Positions 40,874 through 51,146 of a stretch of 64,000 bases of DNA are shown piece after piece. Source of the DNA: Candidatus Brocadiia bacterium (GTDB lineage Bacteria; Planctomycetota; Brocadiia; SM23-32); NCBI GenBank assembly GCA_046538485.1, contig JBKHIT010000004.1, forward strand, positions 1 through 64,000, given 5' to 3'. A program made the translations under genes and the position numbers. Position 1 is the stretch's first letter; the number at the start of each line of letters is the position of its first letter. Below the pieces are notes generated by a model that saw only the letters and a list, made by a program, of their open reading frames with translations, did no database searches and was not told where the DNA came from.

Positions 40874-41587
40874 TCATGACTCGGTGCTGGCCAAATGATA
40901 CGAAGAACTGCTTCCAACAAGCAAATCCGGGTCCCAGGCCAATCCCGGGATATCTGTCCGGGCGGCAAAAGGGTCAAAACCGATCGTTTCGGCGAGGATT
41001 CTTTCATTTTCGGTCCACCAGCCTTCCCCCCATTCCAGATTTTCCCGGTCGCCGGATGCTACTTCCATGTTTTCTCTACTGTCGGACGGAGGCTTGTTCG
41101 GCACGCGACATGACACAGCCGGGCAAACCGGGCGGAAACTCCCCTCAATTACAACCCCGAGTTTGATCACGTACCGTTGTCCCGACTCAACATTCAGATA
41201 ATAATTTTGCGCGTCAGGATCAACGGGAATTTCGGCTGATCTATTACCGGATGAGTTTTCCAGTATCAATTCCCATTGTATTCCTGGATCAAGTTTTTCC
41301 CGCAGGCGCATGCTGGCATCTCCGGAAAGTTCCCAGTACACGAATAAAGAGCCCGGCTTACGTGCAATCGCTCCGATACTGTCCGCACCATAGGACTGCG
41401 GCAGGGAAGCTTCTTCGGATTTCATTTCAGCTTCTGGGACGCTTCCCGCTGCAAAAACATGGAGAAGCGCTCCATTCGGCGCCGCATTTGGCCCGGACGT
41501 CGGTTCGATCAGTTCTTCTGCGTTTCCGCCGTCGGCTTCCCCGGGGGCTGAAGGATTTGAATTCCGCGGTTTATCTTCAGAAGGCAT
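40874..41587 (-). CDS. DUF4912-like protein
   Basis: LPQSYG...I..IAR.P..LFVYWEL, NYYL, Y...LG, terminal GSSS; adjacent to GH57. Confidence 0.7.
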   Translation of the reverse strand: MPSEDKPRNSNPSAPGEADGGNAEELIEPTSGPNAAPNGALLHVFAAGSVPEAEMKSEEASLPQSYGADSIGAIARKPGSLFVYWELSGDASMRLREKLDPGIQWELILENSSGNRSAEIPVDPDAQNYYLNVESGQRYVIKLGVVIEGSFRPVCPAVSCRVPNKPPSDSRENMEVASGDRENLEWGEGWWTENERILAETIGFDPFAARTDIPGLAWDPDLLVGSSSSYHLASTES

Positions 41588-41644
41588 AAATATTTAACTC
41601 CAAAATCCGCTGTCTGCGTTAAATCAGTTCTCAGTGTATTCCGA

Positions 41645-42967
41645 TTAATCGGGATACGTACCGCTTTTTCGGTCTGGACGGAACAGGGGCATTTCTTTCG
41701 GGACCACAACGATTCCGCCGTCACTCACGCTAAAATGCCTGTGGTCTTGTTCCGGATCTATTCCGACCTTATACCCGGCAGGTATTTCATTGTGTTTGTC
41801 AATCACAGCCTGGCGAATCCTAGCATTCTCCCCGATTTTAACTCCTTGCATAATGACCGATCCTTCGATTTCCACACCGGGAGCAACATGCACGCCGCGC
41901 CCGAGCACGGAATTTTTGATAGATGCACAATCGACGACACAGCCATCGCTCACTAAAACGTTGTGTAGCTGACTCTGACACGAACTTTCGATTTGTTCAA
42001 AACGGTTGCGTGCCGTGCACATGCTTTTCACAGGTGGCATTCCATGGGCGTAAGTTCTGAGAGGCCATCCCTCGTCATGCAAATCAATAGGAGGTGCTCC
42101 ACCCACAAGTTCCATATGTGTTTGCCAGTAGATGTCCAGTGTTCCCACATCCCTCCAGAATCCACTGCCTCCCGATTCAACACCTTTGAAACGGTAACCG
42201 AAGACTCTATCATCTTTTTCAATCATAGCGGGTATAACATCTTTGGCAAAATCGTGGGACGTCGATCGTTTCGAGTCTTCAACAACTCGCCGAACGAGGG
42301 TTTTGGTATTGAAAATATAGACGCCCATAGAGCACAGAGCCATTGGTTTTCCCCGATTTTCCGTGCCGGGAATTGGTGTCGGCCTTTGGGGTTTCTCTGC
42401 CAGCTCCAAAGCGCGCATATCCTCGTCTGTCGTCAAAACCCCCAGCCGTGAGGCTTCGCCACATGGGATGGCGAGACACGCAATGGTCAAATCCGCTTCT
42501 TTTTCAACGTGCTGGCGCAGCATACGGCAATAATCCATTTTGTACACGTGATCACCGCTCAAAATCAGCACATGAGTCGGTCGTTCTCTCTCCAGAGTAT
42601 AAATATTCTGGTGAATCGCATCGGCCGTGCCCAGGTACCAGTGTGAGGTCAAACGCATCTGTGGCGGATTGACCTCTATATATTCGCCAATCTCGGGATT
42701 AAAAATATTCCACCCGAGCCTGACATGCCGATTAAGAGAGTCGCTTTTATATTGCGTGAGCACATGTATCCGGCGAATCCCGCTGTTCAGGCAATTGCTG
42801 AGCGTAAAATCTATGAGTCTATAGCTGCCTGCAAACGGGACGGCCGGCTTTGCTCTATCGCGTGTGAGCGGATAAAGACGTTCGCCCTGTCCGCCGGCCA
42901 GCACAATACTCAGAGTCTGCCGCAAAGCTCCCGCCGTTTTTCCCGCCAGCTCAAGGGGACGCATCAC
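41645..42967 (-). CDS. glgC: Glucose-1-phosphate adenylyltransferase
   Basis: LAGGQGERLYPLT.DRAKPAVPF.G.YRLIDF.LSN, GTADA, LSGDHVY.MDY, EKP, SMGVYIF, WRDVGT, left-handed beta-helix C-terminus. Confidence 0.96.
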   Translation of the reverse strand: MMRPLELAGKTAGALRQTLSIVLAGGQGERLYPLTRDRAKPAVPFAGSYRLIDFTLSNCLNSGIRRIHVLTQYKSDSLNRHVRLGWNIFNPEIGEYIEVNPPQMRLTSHWYLGTADAIHQNIYTLERERPTHVLILSGDHVYKMDYCRMLRQHVEKEADLTIACLAIPCGEASRLGVLTTDEDMRALELAEKPQRPTPIPGTENRGKPMALCSMGVYIFNTKTLVRRVVEDSKRSTSHDFAKDVIPAMIEKDDRVFGYRFKGVESGGSGFWRDVGTLDIYWQTHMELVGGAPPIDLHDEGWPLRTYAHGMPPVKSMCTARNRFEQIESSCQSQLHNVLVSDGCVVDCASIKNSVLGRGVHVAPGVEIEGSVIMQGVKIGENARIRQAVIDKHNEIPAGYKVGIDPEQDHRHFSVSDGGIVVVPKEMPLFRPDRKSGTYPD

Positions 42968-43401
42968 CGATCCTCCATACCACCCGCGCTTTCACCATCT
43001 CCGAAGACAGGAGGCCGCCCGGCATTCTGGTCCCTCTCATCGTCTGAACCTTCCAGAACGTTTTTAATGGCCTTTTTCAGTGGATCAAGATCTCCGGATT
43101 TCACCACGTAAGCTTCAGCCGCCCATGTCATAAAATTTTCTTTGTATTGGCTGTAGCCTGTATTGATAATCACGGGAATAGATTTATCCTCGCTCAGTAT
43201 CCGGGACATTGATTCAATACCGTCCATTTTCTCCGGGAGGTTGATATCCATAATCACCAGGTCCGGTGATTCGCTCCGGGCAAGTTCGATCGCGGTTTTC
43301 CCGTCCTGTGCAACCACTACCTCGTGTCCCTCTGCTCCTAACTCGACCTGGTACAACAGACTGAGATTTTCCTCATCTTCCACAAGCAGTAGCTTAGCCA
43401 T
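42964..43401 (-). CDS. Single-domain response regulator (receiver only)
   Basis: LLVEDE, DLVIMDINLP..DG, IINTGY, VVKS. Its stop overlaps the glgC start (ATGA). Confidence 0.92.
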   Translation of the reverse strand: MAKLLLVEDEENLSLLYQVELGAEGHEVVVAQDGKTAIELARSESPDLVIMDINLPEKMDGIESMSRILSEDKSIPVIINTGYSQYKENFMTWAAEAYVVKSGDLDPLKKAIKNVLEGSDDERDQNAGRPPVFGDGESAGGMEDR

Positions 43402-43616
43402 TGTTGCCCTCCTTTTCCAGCTTTACATCATCGCGTATCGAGCGCCTGCAATCAAGCTTAACTTTTTTATTACCGACACGTACTTTTCGTTCTGGCAGCC
43501 AAATATGCCGTGAGGCTGCAATGCATAGAATATGCAAAAATCGCTGTCATGCTATCCCGCAGATTGAAACTCCTGTCAGAACCGGAATCAAGACCATCAG
43601 AACTCGTGCTGTGTTA

Positions 43617-46600
43617 CTACGCTCCCTCCTGCCCTGCTGTATCGTCGCCAACGGCTTCGAGGAATACAGTGAACCGGCTCCCTTCTCCCAGTTCGCTCTC
43701 AACCGCGATATCGCCCGAATGTTCCGTGATGATTTTCTTGCTGATGGCCAGGCCAAGACCTGTCCCGGCCACTTTAGTCGTGAAAAAAGGTGCAAAAACG
43801 GTTTCACGTGTATCTTCGTCCATCCCCACTCCCGTATCGGAAATTCTGAGGGCTACCTTACCCTGGTAATCCGTTGGCCGGGCAACCCGGGTTTGGATTC
43901 TCAAAATTTTCCGCGATGCGTTTTCCAGGGCATCGATACTGTTTTTCAAAAGATTAATAATAACCTGCTTTATCAGGGAAGGATCCATCAAAACCATCGG
44001 AAGTTCTTCGCCGAGAGACAGCCGTACGTCAACCCCGTTATCTTCCAGTTCCGCCCGGAACTGGAGAACAGTTTCCTCTACCAAACTATTCAAATCAGCT
44101 GGTTTCCGTTCGGGACCAACGGGCCGCACGAAATCAAGCACGTCTTCAAGCGCCGCCTCCAATCGCATTACCTCATTGTAAATAACAGTGGAATTGCGGT
44201 GGGTAATGTCTCCTTTTTCAGTTGCCCGTTGTATGGCTTTGGCAAAACCACCGATGGTTGTCAAAGGGTTCCGAATTTCATGTGCCAGATGGCTGGCCAT
44301 GCGTCCAACACTCGCAAGACTTTCTGCTTCAATGAGTTTTGACTGAGTTTTTCGCAGTTCAGCCACCTGATTACGAATTTTTCTATATGCTCTGATATTG
44401 GTTATAGCCAGCGCGGCCTGCGCCGCGAACATCCTGAGCAACTCCCTGCTGTTCTCATCAATGGGAGTGCCCGAATACTTGTTGTCGGCAAGCATAACTC
44501 CAACGGATCGATCGCGTGCGATGAGCGGCACAGCCACAAATTCTTCAAGTTGTAATGTTTCCCGAAGGGCCGGATACACCCTGGACCCATTTCCCTGCTG
44601 TTCCACAATCCGAGGGGATTGATCATAGAAAACTTTGGCAAGCACACATGAAGTATTTTTCACAGGGACTTCAATCTGACGGGCTTTCTCCGAAAGAGCA
44701 ATATCGCTTTCCGACGGCTCGCTCACCGCCAAAAGCTCTTCGAGAGAGCGGCTTTCCCGGGAAACCTGTTGCCATATCCGATTGGCATCTTCGGCAGAGG
44801 TCGGCCCCACTGCGGCACGGCCTAAAAGCTTTTTGCCGCCCGAATCCGGTGTAAAAATGAACGCGCGATTGAATCCCAGAGCATGTCCTGCCGTCACGCA
44901 CGTAAGAATCAAGTGGTAGATCTGATCCAGATCCAACGACAGAGTGCCTTCTTCGGAAGCCGAAACGGCGGGCGTATGCTCAAGCGCACGTGTCAAACGA
45001 TTGATCAGCTGCACCTGCTCGGTTTGTCGACGTCGTTCGGTTACGTCAAGGGTCAGCACGAGGAACTGGCTTTGCCCGAATTCAACGGGGCGAGCCACCT
45101 GCATGTAACAGTGCCACACACCATCGGGATCCACGCGCTCAATGAGGCCGGTTTCGAGTTCCCCGGTTTCCACTGCGTCCGCAAGAGGACAACTGGAGTC
45201 GCAACCGGCCTCAGCCTCTGCGGGCGAAGATTGTGAGCAACCAAACACCTGACCACAGGGCATTCGGTTCTCTGGTTCGCCGTCCTCCCCTGCACAATTA
45301 AACCAATCCAGAAGCGTTTTGTTTGCCCAATTCAGGCGGCAATCTCGGTCAAAAAGCGCGAGGCCGGCGCCCATGGCTTCGACAACGAGATTCAAATTGT
45401 TCCTCTCCCGCCGGATAGCTTCCTCATGTTGTCTTTTTTCCGTTACGTCGAGCAAAGAAGCGGTAAAGCCAACCCGCTCCCCATTTTCGTCCACCATCGG
45501 TTCCATCATTTCTTGAACGATCAGTGGTGTCCCGTCCTTATGGAGGAGAACGACTTCTCGGCTGATATCCCCTTGTTTGGTGCAATTCTCAAGCAGTTCC
45601 TCCATATCCACAGCTTCAGCTGAAAGATCGGAAAGTTTGCGTTTCCCCACAATTTCTTCTTCCTTATATCCAAGAAGCTTTTCGCAGCTCGGGCTCCAGT
45701 GGGTAAATATGCCTTGATTGTCCAGCCCTGTGATTCCCACGGCCGTGTTACGAACGATGCTGGATAGCTGGCTATGAACCCGCTCGAGCTCTCTTCTTGT
45801 TCTGCGCTGTTGTTGCAACAGCTCCACGTTTTGCAGTCCAAGACCTATATGAGTGGACAGATTCTGTAGAGCGCTACGTTCCCCTTCCTGGAAAGCGTGC
45901 GGTTCTCGCGAGACACAATCGAATATCCCGATGACGGTATCACCTCTCTTAATGGGGACGGCGATTTCACTGAAGTTCTCCGAAGCTTCCGGAACCGCTT
46001 CAACTGATGTTCCGGGCGAAACAACACGCCGTTCATCTTTTTCTACAACAATGTCCATATCGGCATTCTTGCCCGATTTGACAATCTGCTGACCTTTTTG
46101 CGCCGCCTGGCCGACCACTCCTTCACCAAAATGGATGCGACGGTCTTCTGTCCACCGCCCTTTTCCGGGCCCTGCTTCCGACATCAGCACGCATTCCTGC
46201 CTGGGACCATCTTCTCCTTGTAACGTTTCCACACGAAAAACAGATGCGTGCCAGTAATCGCGAAATTGCTGAAGGGCCTCGACGACAGCCAGAAGCAGGA
46301 ATTCGAGCGTCGGCACTTCCAACAGCACACGTCCAATGCGTGCAATCACTTCGGCCTCAGTCATTTCTCGGCGCGACTGCTCCATGTGGGCAACTCGTGC
46401 AAACGCCGGTCCAAGAACATCTCCCAGATCTTCTAACATAGCATGGCGTTCCTCTGGGAATGCTTTTTCCTCTCCGGTAGCGATCAGCAAAACCCCAACA
46501 ACGCGGTCGATCGCCATAAGAGGTACACATGCAACGCTCTTGATGCCAACCCGCCAGAGTTCGTCTCCGTTAACCAGTTCAGCGCTCACCCGAGGTCCGA

Positions 46601-47438
46601 AGAGAGTCATCTGATCCGCTTCCAGTCCGCTGCCTGCTGTGACATCTCTAACGATTACTTCCCCGCGTCGGCGGGACAATTCGAGCAAATCGATCGCACC
46701 CCGGGAATCCATTTCCTCTTTCGTCAGGTATTGAGGCCGCCCCACTGCCATCGGCACTGGCAACTCCTCAATCGAACAAAGTTCTATGCCCGCGCTAACT
46801 TCTGCCTTTGACTTGTTTTTGCCTTCATACAATCTCACAAGACAGCCGGAAACTGGAAAAAATTCTTCGAGTTTTTCGCAGGCAAGCCGAAACACTTCAT
46901 CGGATGTTTCGGCACGCGTTAATGTTTCCTCTACTTCCCATGCATCGGAGATCTGTTCAAAACGCGCTCGCATCACGCGCATATCTTCTCGGCGCGCCAC
47001 CTGGAAAAGTTCTCCTGCACGTAACACCATGCCGTCGACCGCTTCACCTATCTGGAGTTCCATCTGCATGGCACGGCTGAAATCATCAACTGTTTCTCGA
47101 ATTGCCTCCCTCGCGGCTTTTTTGAGGCTCTGCAGGACATGGGTAATATCGCTCAGTTCGATACCATACTGCCCGCCGTCGTAGATCCAGTGATGGAAAC
47201 TGGCATATTCCTGGGGCGATTGGTTTCCACGGAGCCTATCCAGTAGTCGCTGGAATACGGCGGCGATATCCGCGGAAATTGTTTCGGCCGGTGCCACCTC
47301 AGCTAACTGAATCCCCGTGAAGTGATCCCGTATTCGCGCTTCCCATTTCCGAAGGACATCCTCCTGGTTTTCAGCAAGCACACGGGCGGTTTCGAGATTC
47401 GCAATCCCTTCACCCGCATGCCTTTTTCCCTCAGCCAT
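43617..47438 (-). CDS. Cytoplasmic multi-sensor histidine kinase (N-terminal helical domain, GAF-GAF-PAS-PAS-GAF, HisKA, HATPase)
   Basis: LAHEIRNPL, NLLKNS, DTGVGM, FFTTK..GTGLGL; GAF 'VPL....VGVL' motifs; DVTE PAC ends; no TM helix. Confidence 0.92.
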   Translation of the reverse strand: MAEGKRHAGEGIANLETARVLAENQEDVLRKWEARIRDHFTGIQLAEVAPAETISADIAAVFQRLLDRLRGNQSPQEYASFHHWIYDGGQYGIELSDITHVLQSLKKAAREAIRETVDDFSRAMQMELQIGEAVDGMVLRAGELFQVARREDMRVMRARFEQISDAWEVEETLTRAETSDEVFRLACEKLEEFFPVSGCLVRLYEGKNKSKAEVSAGIELCSIEELPVPMAVGRPQYLTKEEMDSRGAIDLLELSRRRGEVIVRDVTAGSGLEADQMTLFGPRVSAELVNGDELWRVGIKSVACVPLMAIDRVVGVLLIATGEEKAFPEERHAMLEDLGDVLGPAFARVAHMEQSRREMTEAEVIARIGRVLLEVPTLEFLLLAVVEALQQFRDYWHASVFRVETLQGEDGPRQECVLMSEAGPGKGRWTEDRRIHFGEGVVGQAAQKGQQIVKSGKNADMDIVVEKDERRVVSPGTSVEAVPEASENFSEIAVPIKRGDTVIGIFDCVSREPHAFQEGERSALQNLSTHIGLGLQNVELLQQQRRTRRELERVHSQLSSIVRNTAVGITGLDNQGIFTHWSPSCEKLLGYKEEEIVGKRKLSDLSAEAVDMEELLENCTKQGDISREVVLLHKDGTPLIVQEMMEPMVDENGERVGFTASLLDVTEKRQHEEAIRRERNNLNLVVEAMGAGLALFDRDCRLNWANKTLLDWFNCAGEDGEPENRMPCGQVFGCSQSSPAEAEAGCDSSCPLADAVETGELETGLIERVDPDGVWHCYMQVARPVEFGQSQFLVLTLDVTERRRQTEQVQLINRLTRALEHTPAVSASEEGTLSLDLDQIYHLILTCVTAGHALGFNRAFIFTPDSGGKKLLGRAAVGPTSAEDANRIWQQVSRESRSLEELLAVSEPSESDIALSEKARQIEVPVKNTSCVLAKVFYDQSPRIVEQQGNGSRVYPALRETLQLEEFVAVPLIARDRSVGVMLADNKYSGTPIDENSRELLRMFAAQAALAITNIRAYRKIRNQVAELRKTQSKLIEAESLASVGRMASHLAHEIRNPLTTIGGFAKAIQRATEKGDITHRNSTVIYNEVMRLEAALEDVLDFVRPVGPERKPADLNSLVEETVLQFRAELEDNGVDVRLSLGEELPMVLMDPSLIKQVIINLLKNSIDALENASRKILRIQTRVARPTDYQGKVALRISDTGVGMDEDTRETVFAPFFTTKVAGTGLGLAISKKIITEHSGDIAVESELGEGSRFTVFLEAVGDDTAGQEGA

Positions 47439-47524
47439 TGGATTATACTGTCCCCTTTCCGATAACCACCGCGGACAAATCAGCTTAGCAGTTTTTTCAA
47501 GTAAGAGGTGGTATCATTTCCCGG

Positions 47525-49012
47525 TCAATCCTGATTGCAACCGAGTGCTTTCTTGTAAACATCAACATACTCGCGCGCACTCCGTTCCCACGACCAATCC
47601 TGAGCCATGCATCGCTCCATCAGGTTCTGCCAACTCTCCGGTTTATTCTTGTAAACATCGCAGGCCCGCGAGACAGCTGATACCATACTTTGTGAATCCT
47701 TCGGCTTGAACATAAAGCCTGTTGCGCTCTCCTGACGCACCGTTTGTTCATTATAATCCGTAACCGTATCAACCAGGCCGCCTGTGGCGCTAACAATCGG
47801 GATTGTTCCGTAAATCATACTGTAAAGCTGGTTGAGGCCGCACGGTTCGAATTCGCTCGGCATCAAGAACATATCACTCCCCGCCTCGCTATGATGAGCC
47901 AGTTCTTCATCAAAATCGAGGCGAATACCAAGCTGTTGCGGATATTTTCCAACGAATTCGGTCAACTCACGGTGGTATTTCTCTTTCCCTGTTCCCAATA
48001 TCACCAGTTGCAGTTCTTGGTCCATCAGATCGGGAATGCCCTCAAGCAAAATATCGATACCTTTTTGCTCGACCAATCGTCCAATCATCCCGATCAATGG
48101 GATATCCGAATCTTGCGGCAAATCGTATTCTACCTGTAGTGTTTCTTTGCAGCGCGATTTACCCGTAAGATCATCGGCCGTGTAGTTTGCGGGTATCATA
48201 TCGTCCGTCTCTGGATCCCACACCGAGGTATTAATACCATTTACGATTCCGAACAAATTCTCCGATCGATCACGCAGGACTCCTTCCATCCCCATACCAA
48301 ATTCTTCCGTCTGAATTTCATTGGCATAATGTCGGCTGACTGTTGTAATAACATCGGCTCCGACAAGCCCGGCTTTCAGAAACGAAAGATTCCCGTAATA
48401 TTCCAGCATCTGCCAGTTGAATAATTCCCATGGTAGGCCCGTTAATTTCATATCCCAGTGCCAAAAAAGGCCCTGGTATGCCAGGTTATGAATCGTAAAT
48501 ACCGTTGCAGTATTCGGCACAAGATTCTGATAAAGGTGTTCCACGTAAATCGGTAATAGCCCGGTCTGCCAGTCATGCGTGTGAATCACATCCGGTTCCA
48601 ATTCAAGTTCTTCGATGATCTCAAGGGCACCGCGGGAGAGAAAAACAAACCGTTCGCTGTTGTCCTGATAATCATTTCCGTCGCGCGGATTTACGTACAG
48701 CCCATCGCGATCGTAATACTGATCATTCTCGAGGAAATAAACCGTGACTCCACTATCGGGCAACCGCCCCAGGACCACACCCGCAGGCTGAGACAGATCA
48801 CCCACAGGCACCCGGGCTGTAGAGTCCGATTTCTCTTCCAGTTGAAGTCCATATTTCTCGGCGTTTTGCCGCACCTGCCGATAAAGCGGACTGATAACAG
48901 CCACATCTTCCCCCAACGCATCAAGGGCAACGGGTAGCGACCCTATTACGTCGCCAAGCCCACCTGTTTTTGAGTATGGGACGACCTCGGAAGCTACAAT
49001 TACAATCTTCAT
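47525..49012 (-). CDS. glgA: Glycogen synthase
   Basis: ASE..P.SKTGGLGDV, HDWQTG, TIHNLAYQG, GRL..QKG.D, PS.FEPCGL.Q. Confidence 0.96.
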   Translation of the reverse strand: MKIVIVASEVVPYSKTGGLGDVIGSLPVALDALGEDVAVISPLYRQVRQNAEKYGLQLEEKSDSTARVPVGDLSQPAGVVLGRLPDSGVTVYFLENDQYYDRDGLYVNPRDGNDYQDNSERFVFLSRGALEIIEELELEPDVIHTHDWQTGLLPIYVEHLYQNLVPNTATVFTIHNLAYQGLFWHWDMKLTGLPWELFNWQMLEYYGNLSFLKAGLVGADVITTVSRHYANEIQTEEFGMGMEGVLRDRSENLFGIVNGINTSVWDPETDDMIPANYTADDLTGKSRCKETLQVEYDLPQDSDIPLIGMIGRLVEQKGIDILLEGIPDLMDQELQLVILGTGKEKYHRELTEFVGKYPQQLGIRLDFDEELAHHSEAGSDMFLMPSEFEPCGLNQLYSMIYGTIPIVSATGGLVDTVTDYNEQTVRQESATGFMFKPKDSQSMVSAVSRACDVYKNKPESWQNLMERCMAQDWSWERSAREYVDVYKKALGCNQD

Positions 49013-49064
49013 TCAAATTACCTCGGGTATATTCTCAAGACCTCAGATGATTTGCAACCAACCC

Positions 49065-50129
49065 TCAATTAACCACAGAGCCCGTCTTTTCTGGTTCGAC
49101 AGAGCCTTTTTCGGCTCGGGCAACCTGATCCGCGAATTCAGGTTCGCGCAGACACCCGGCGGCTTGACGTGGCATAACCGGGTTTATGTAAAAACCCGTT
49201 CCCCACTCAAAACCCGCCACGTGAGTCAACCGGGGAATCACTTCCAGATGCCAGTGGAAATGATCCAGTTCCTGTACTGTGAACGGCGCGCTGTGTAACA
49301 CATAATTATATGGTGGGTTGTCAAGAACAGCATCCAAACGCCTCACAGTCTCGTGCAAAATCCGCCCAAAATCTTCGATTGAGTCCGGGTCCTCTTTTTC
49401 GTAATGAGATTCATGATGTTTGGGAACAATCCACATTTCAAACGGGAAACGGGACGCATACGGCGTGATGGTTACAAACATCTCTCCATCAATCACAACT
49501 CTCTCTTCACCGGAGCGTTCCTGCTGGATAATCCGGCAGATCAGGCATTCGTCCTGAAACCGATAATACTCGTCGCATCGGTCCATTTCTTCCCCAACTC
49601 TTTTGGGAACCACGGGGGTGCAGATCATCTGCGAGTGCAAGTGTTCCAGCGATGCACCGGCGCTTTCGCCAACGTTTTTGAAAATCAACGCGTAAACCAT
49701 CCGGCCATCCTGTTTCATTGCTCGCATCCTCTGCTGGTAGGTGCGAACAACTTGCACGGCAATATCGGGGGTGAGTTCGCTGAAACTGGTCACATGGCCG
49801 GGACTTTCTATGAATACTTCGTGCTGTCCTATGCCCGTCATCGTGTTGTAAACACCCATCGCGCCTTCCTCCCGCACCCCATCGGACCGAAGCGCCGGAT
49901 ATTTGTTGGGCACGACCCTCACTTGCCAGCCCGGCCCGTTCGCCTTTGACACGTCATTGCGAACGGCATAAACTTCATCAGGCGTACTATCCTCATTCCC
50001 TTCACAGAAGGGACAAAATCCCCCTTTTATTTCCCGGCGTGGGGCCGGGAAATCCCGGGGACGCGCCGCGCGATCTCCCGCAACAATCACCCAGCGTCCA
50101 CCAACAGGATCTCGTCGGAGTTGCGGCAT
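49065..50129 (-). CDS. galT: GalT-family hexose-1-phosphate nucleotidyltransferase
   Basis: LRRDP...WVI....RA.RP, CPFC.GNE, VVPNKYPAL, GASLEHLHSQ, AGFEWGTG..INP. Confidence 0.85.
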   Translation of the reverse strand: MPQLRRDPVGGRWVIVAGDRAARPRDFPAPRREIKGGFCPFCEGNEDSTPDEVYAVRNDVSKANGPGWQVRVVPNKYPALRSDGVREEGAMGVYNTMTGIGQHEVFIESPGHVTSFSELTPDIAVQVVRTYQQRMRAMKQDGRMVYALIFKNVGESAGASLEHLHSQMICTPVVPKRVGEEMDRCDEYYRFQDECLICRIIQQERSGEERVVIDGEMFVTITPYASRFPFEMWIVPKHHESHYEKEDPDSIEDFGRILHETVRRLDAVLDNPPYNYVLHSAPFTVQELDHFHWHLEVIPRLTHVAGFEWGTGFYINPVMPRQAAGCLREPEFADQVARAEKGSVEPEKTGSVVN

Positions 50130-50336
50130 TCGACATACTCCCAATTTAGATACACGCTAACTACAAGAATTATAACCGGTTGAAAAAGGCGAAAGAAAGT
50201 CTTCTTTCTCTGGCGGGCCATAACAGGTAAAACTGAAGAAACAACCATCTGTATGATACAATATGTGCATGGCGTCAGTTTTGCAAGCGTCCTACCGTTC
50301 TCGGGTCCGAATTTGCCCCGATAAAGGAAAACCACA

Positions 50337-51110
50337 ATGGAACTTTTCGATACCCACACCCACCTCGACCTGCCCGAATTCCAAAGCGATTTAAAAGAAG
50401 TGTTGCAGAGGGCCGGTGAAAAAGGTGTAGAAAAATTGATCTGTGTCGGGACCACCCACGATTCAACCCGGGATTGTATTCAACTCGCGCGACAGTTCCC
50501 CCAGCGAATATATGCTGCCGCGGGGCTCCACCCCAACTACTGTTGCGAATCGGCCCCCAACGATTTCGAACGAATTGCACATTTCGCCCAACACAGAGAA
50601 ATCGTTGCCATCGGTGAAACGGGCCTCGATTTCTACCGGGATTACTGCGATCCCGATTCGCAGAAAAACATGTTCCGACGCCATATTAAGCTGTCTTTGG
50701 AAATCGGGAAACCCCTGACAATTCATGCGCGAAAAGCCGATGAACAGGTGCTGCAGATTCTTGAGGAAGAAGGTAAATCCCTTCACGGAGTCAGACATTG
50801 TTTCGACGGTTCATCACAGATCGCTGCCCGTTATTTCGAACTCGGCTTCCACATAGCGCTGGGCGGAATCATTACCCGTCCCGGACATAAAAAGATCAAA
50901 GCCGCCGTTGCCCAGGCCCCCGGCGAGCGTCTGCTCCTCGAAACTGACTGCCCATATCTCTCTCCCCATCAGGTCAAAGCCGGTCGAAATGAACCCGCTT
51001 TCATCGCACACGTGCTGGACGCCCTCGCGGATATACGGCAAACCGCACCTGAAGAAATGGCTCGTCTGACAACCAGAAATGCCAATCGGCTCTTTCTCGG
51101 CGAAACCTGA
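50337..51110 (+). CDS. tatD: TatD family deoxyribonuclease
   Basis: DTHTH, GLHP, AIGETGLD, IHAR, HCF, ETDCPY, RNEP. Confidence 0.92.
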   Translation: MELFDTHTHLDLPEFQSDLKEVLQRAGEKGVEKLICVGTTHDSTRDCIQLARQFPQRIYAAAGLHPNYCCESAPNDFERIAHFAQHREIVAIGETGLDFYRDYCDPDSQKNMFRRHIKLSLEIGKPLTIHARKADEQVLQILEEEGKSLHGVRHCFDGSSQIAARYFELGFHIALGGIITRPGHKKIKAAVAQAPGERLLLETDCPYLSPHQVKAGRNEPAFIAHVLDALADIRQTAPEEMARLTTRNANRLFLGET

Positions 51111-51146
51111 CGTGCGATACCGGATCCTCGGTCAAAGTCGAACCGT

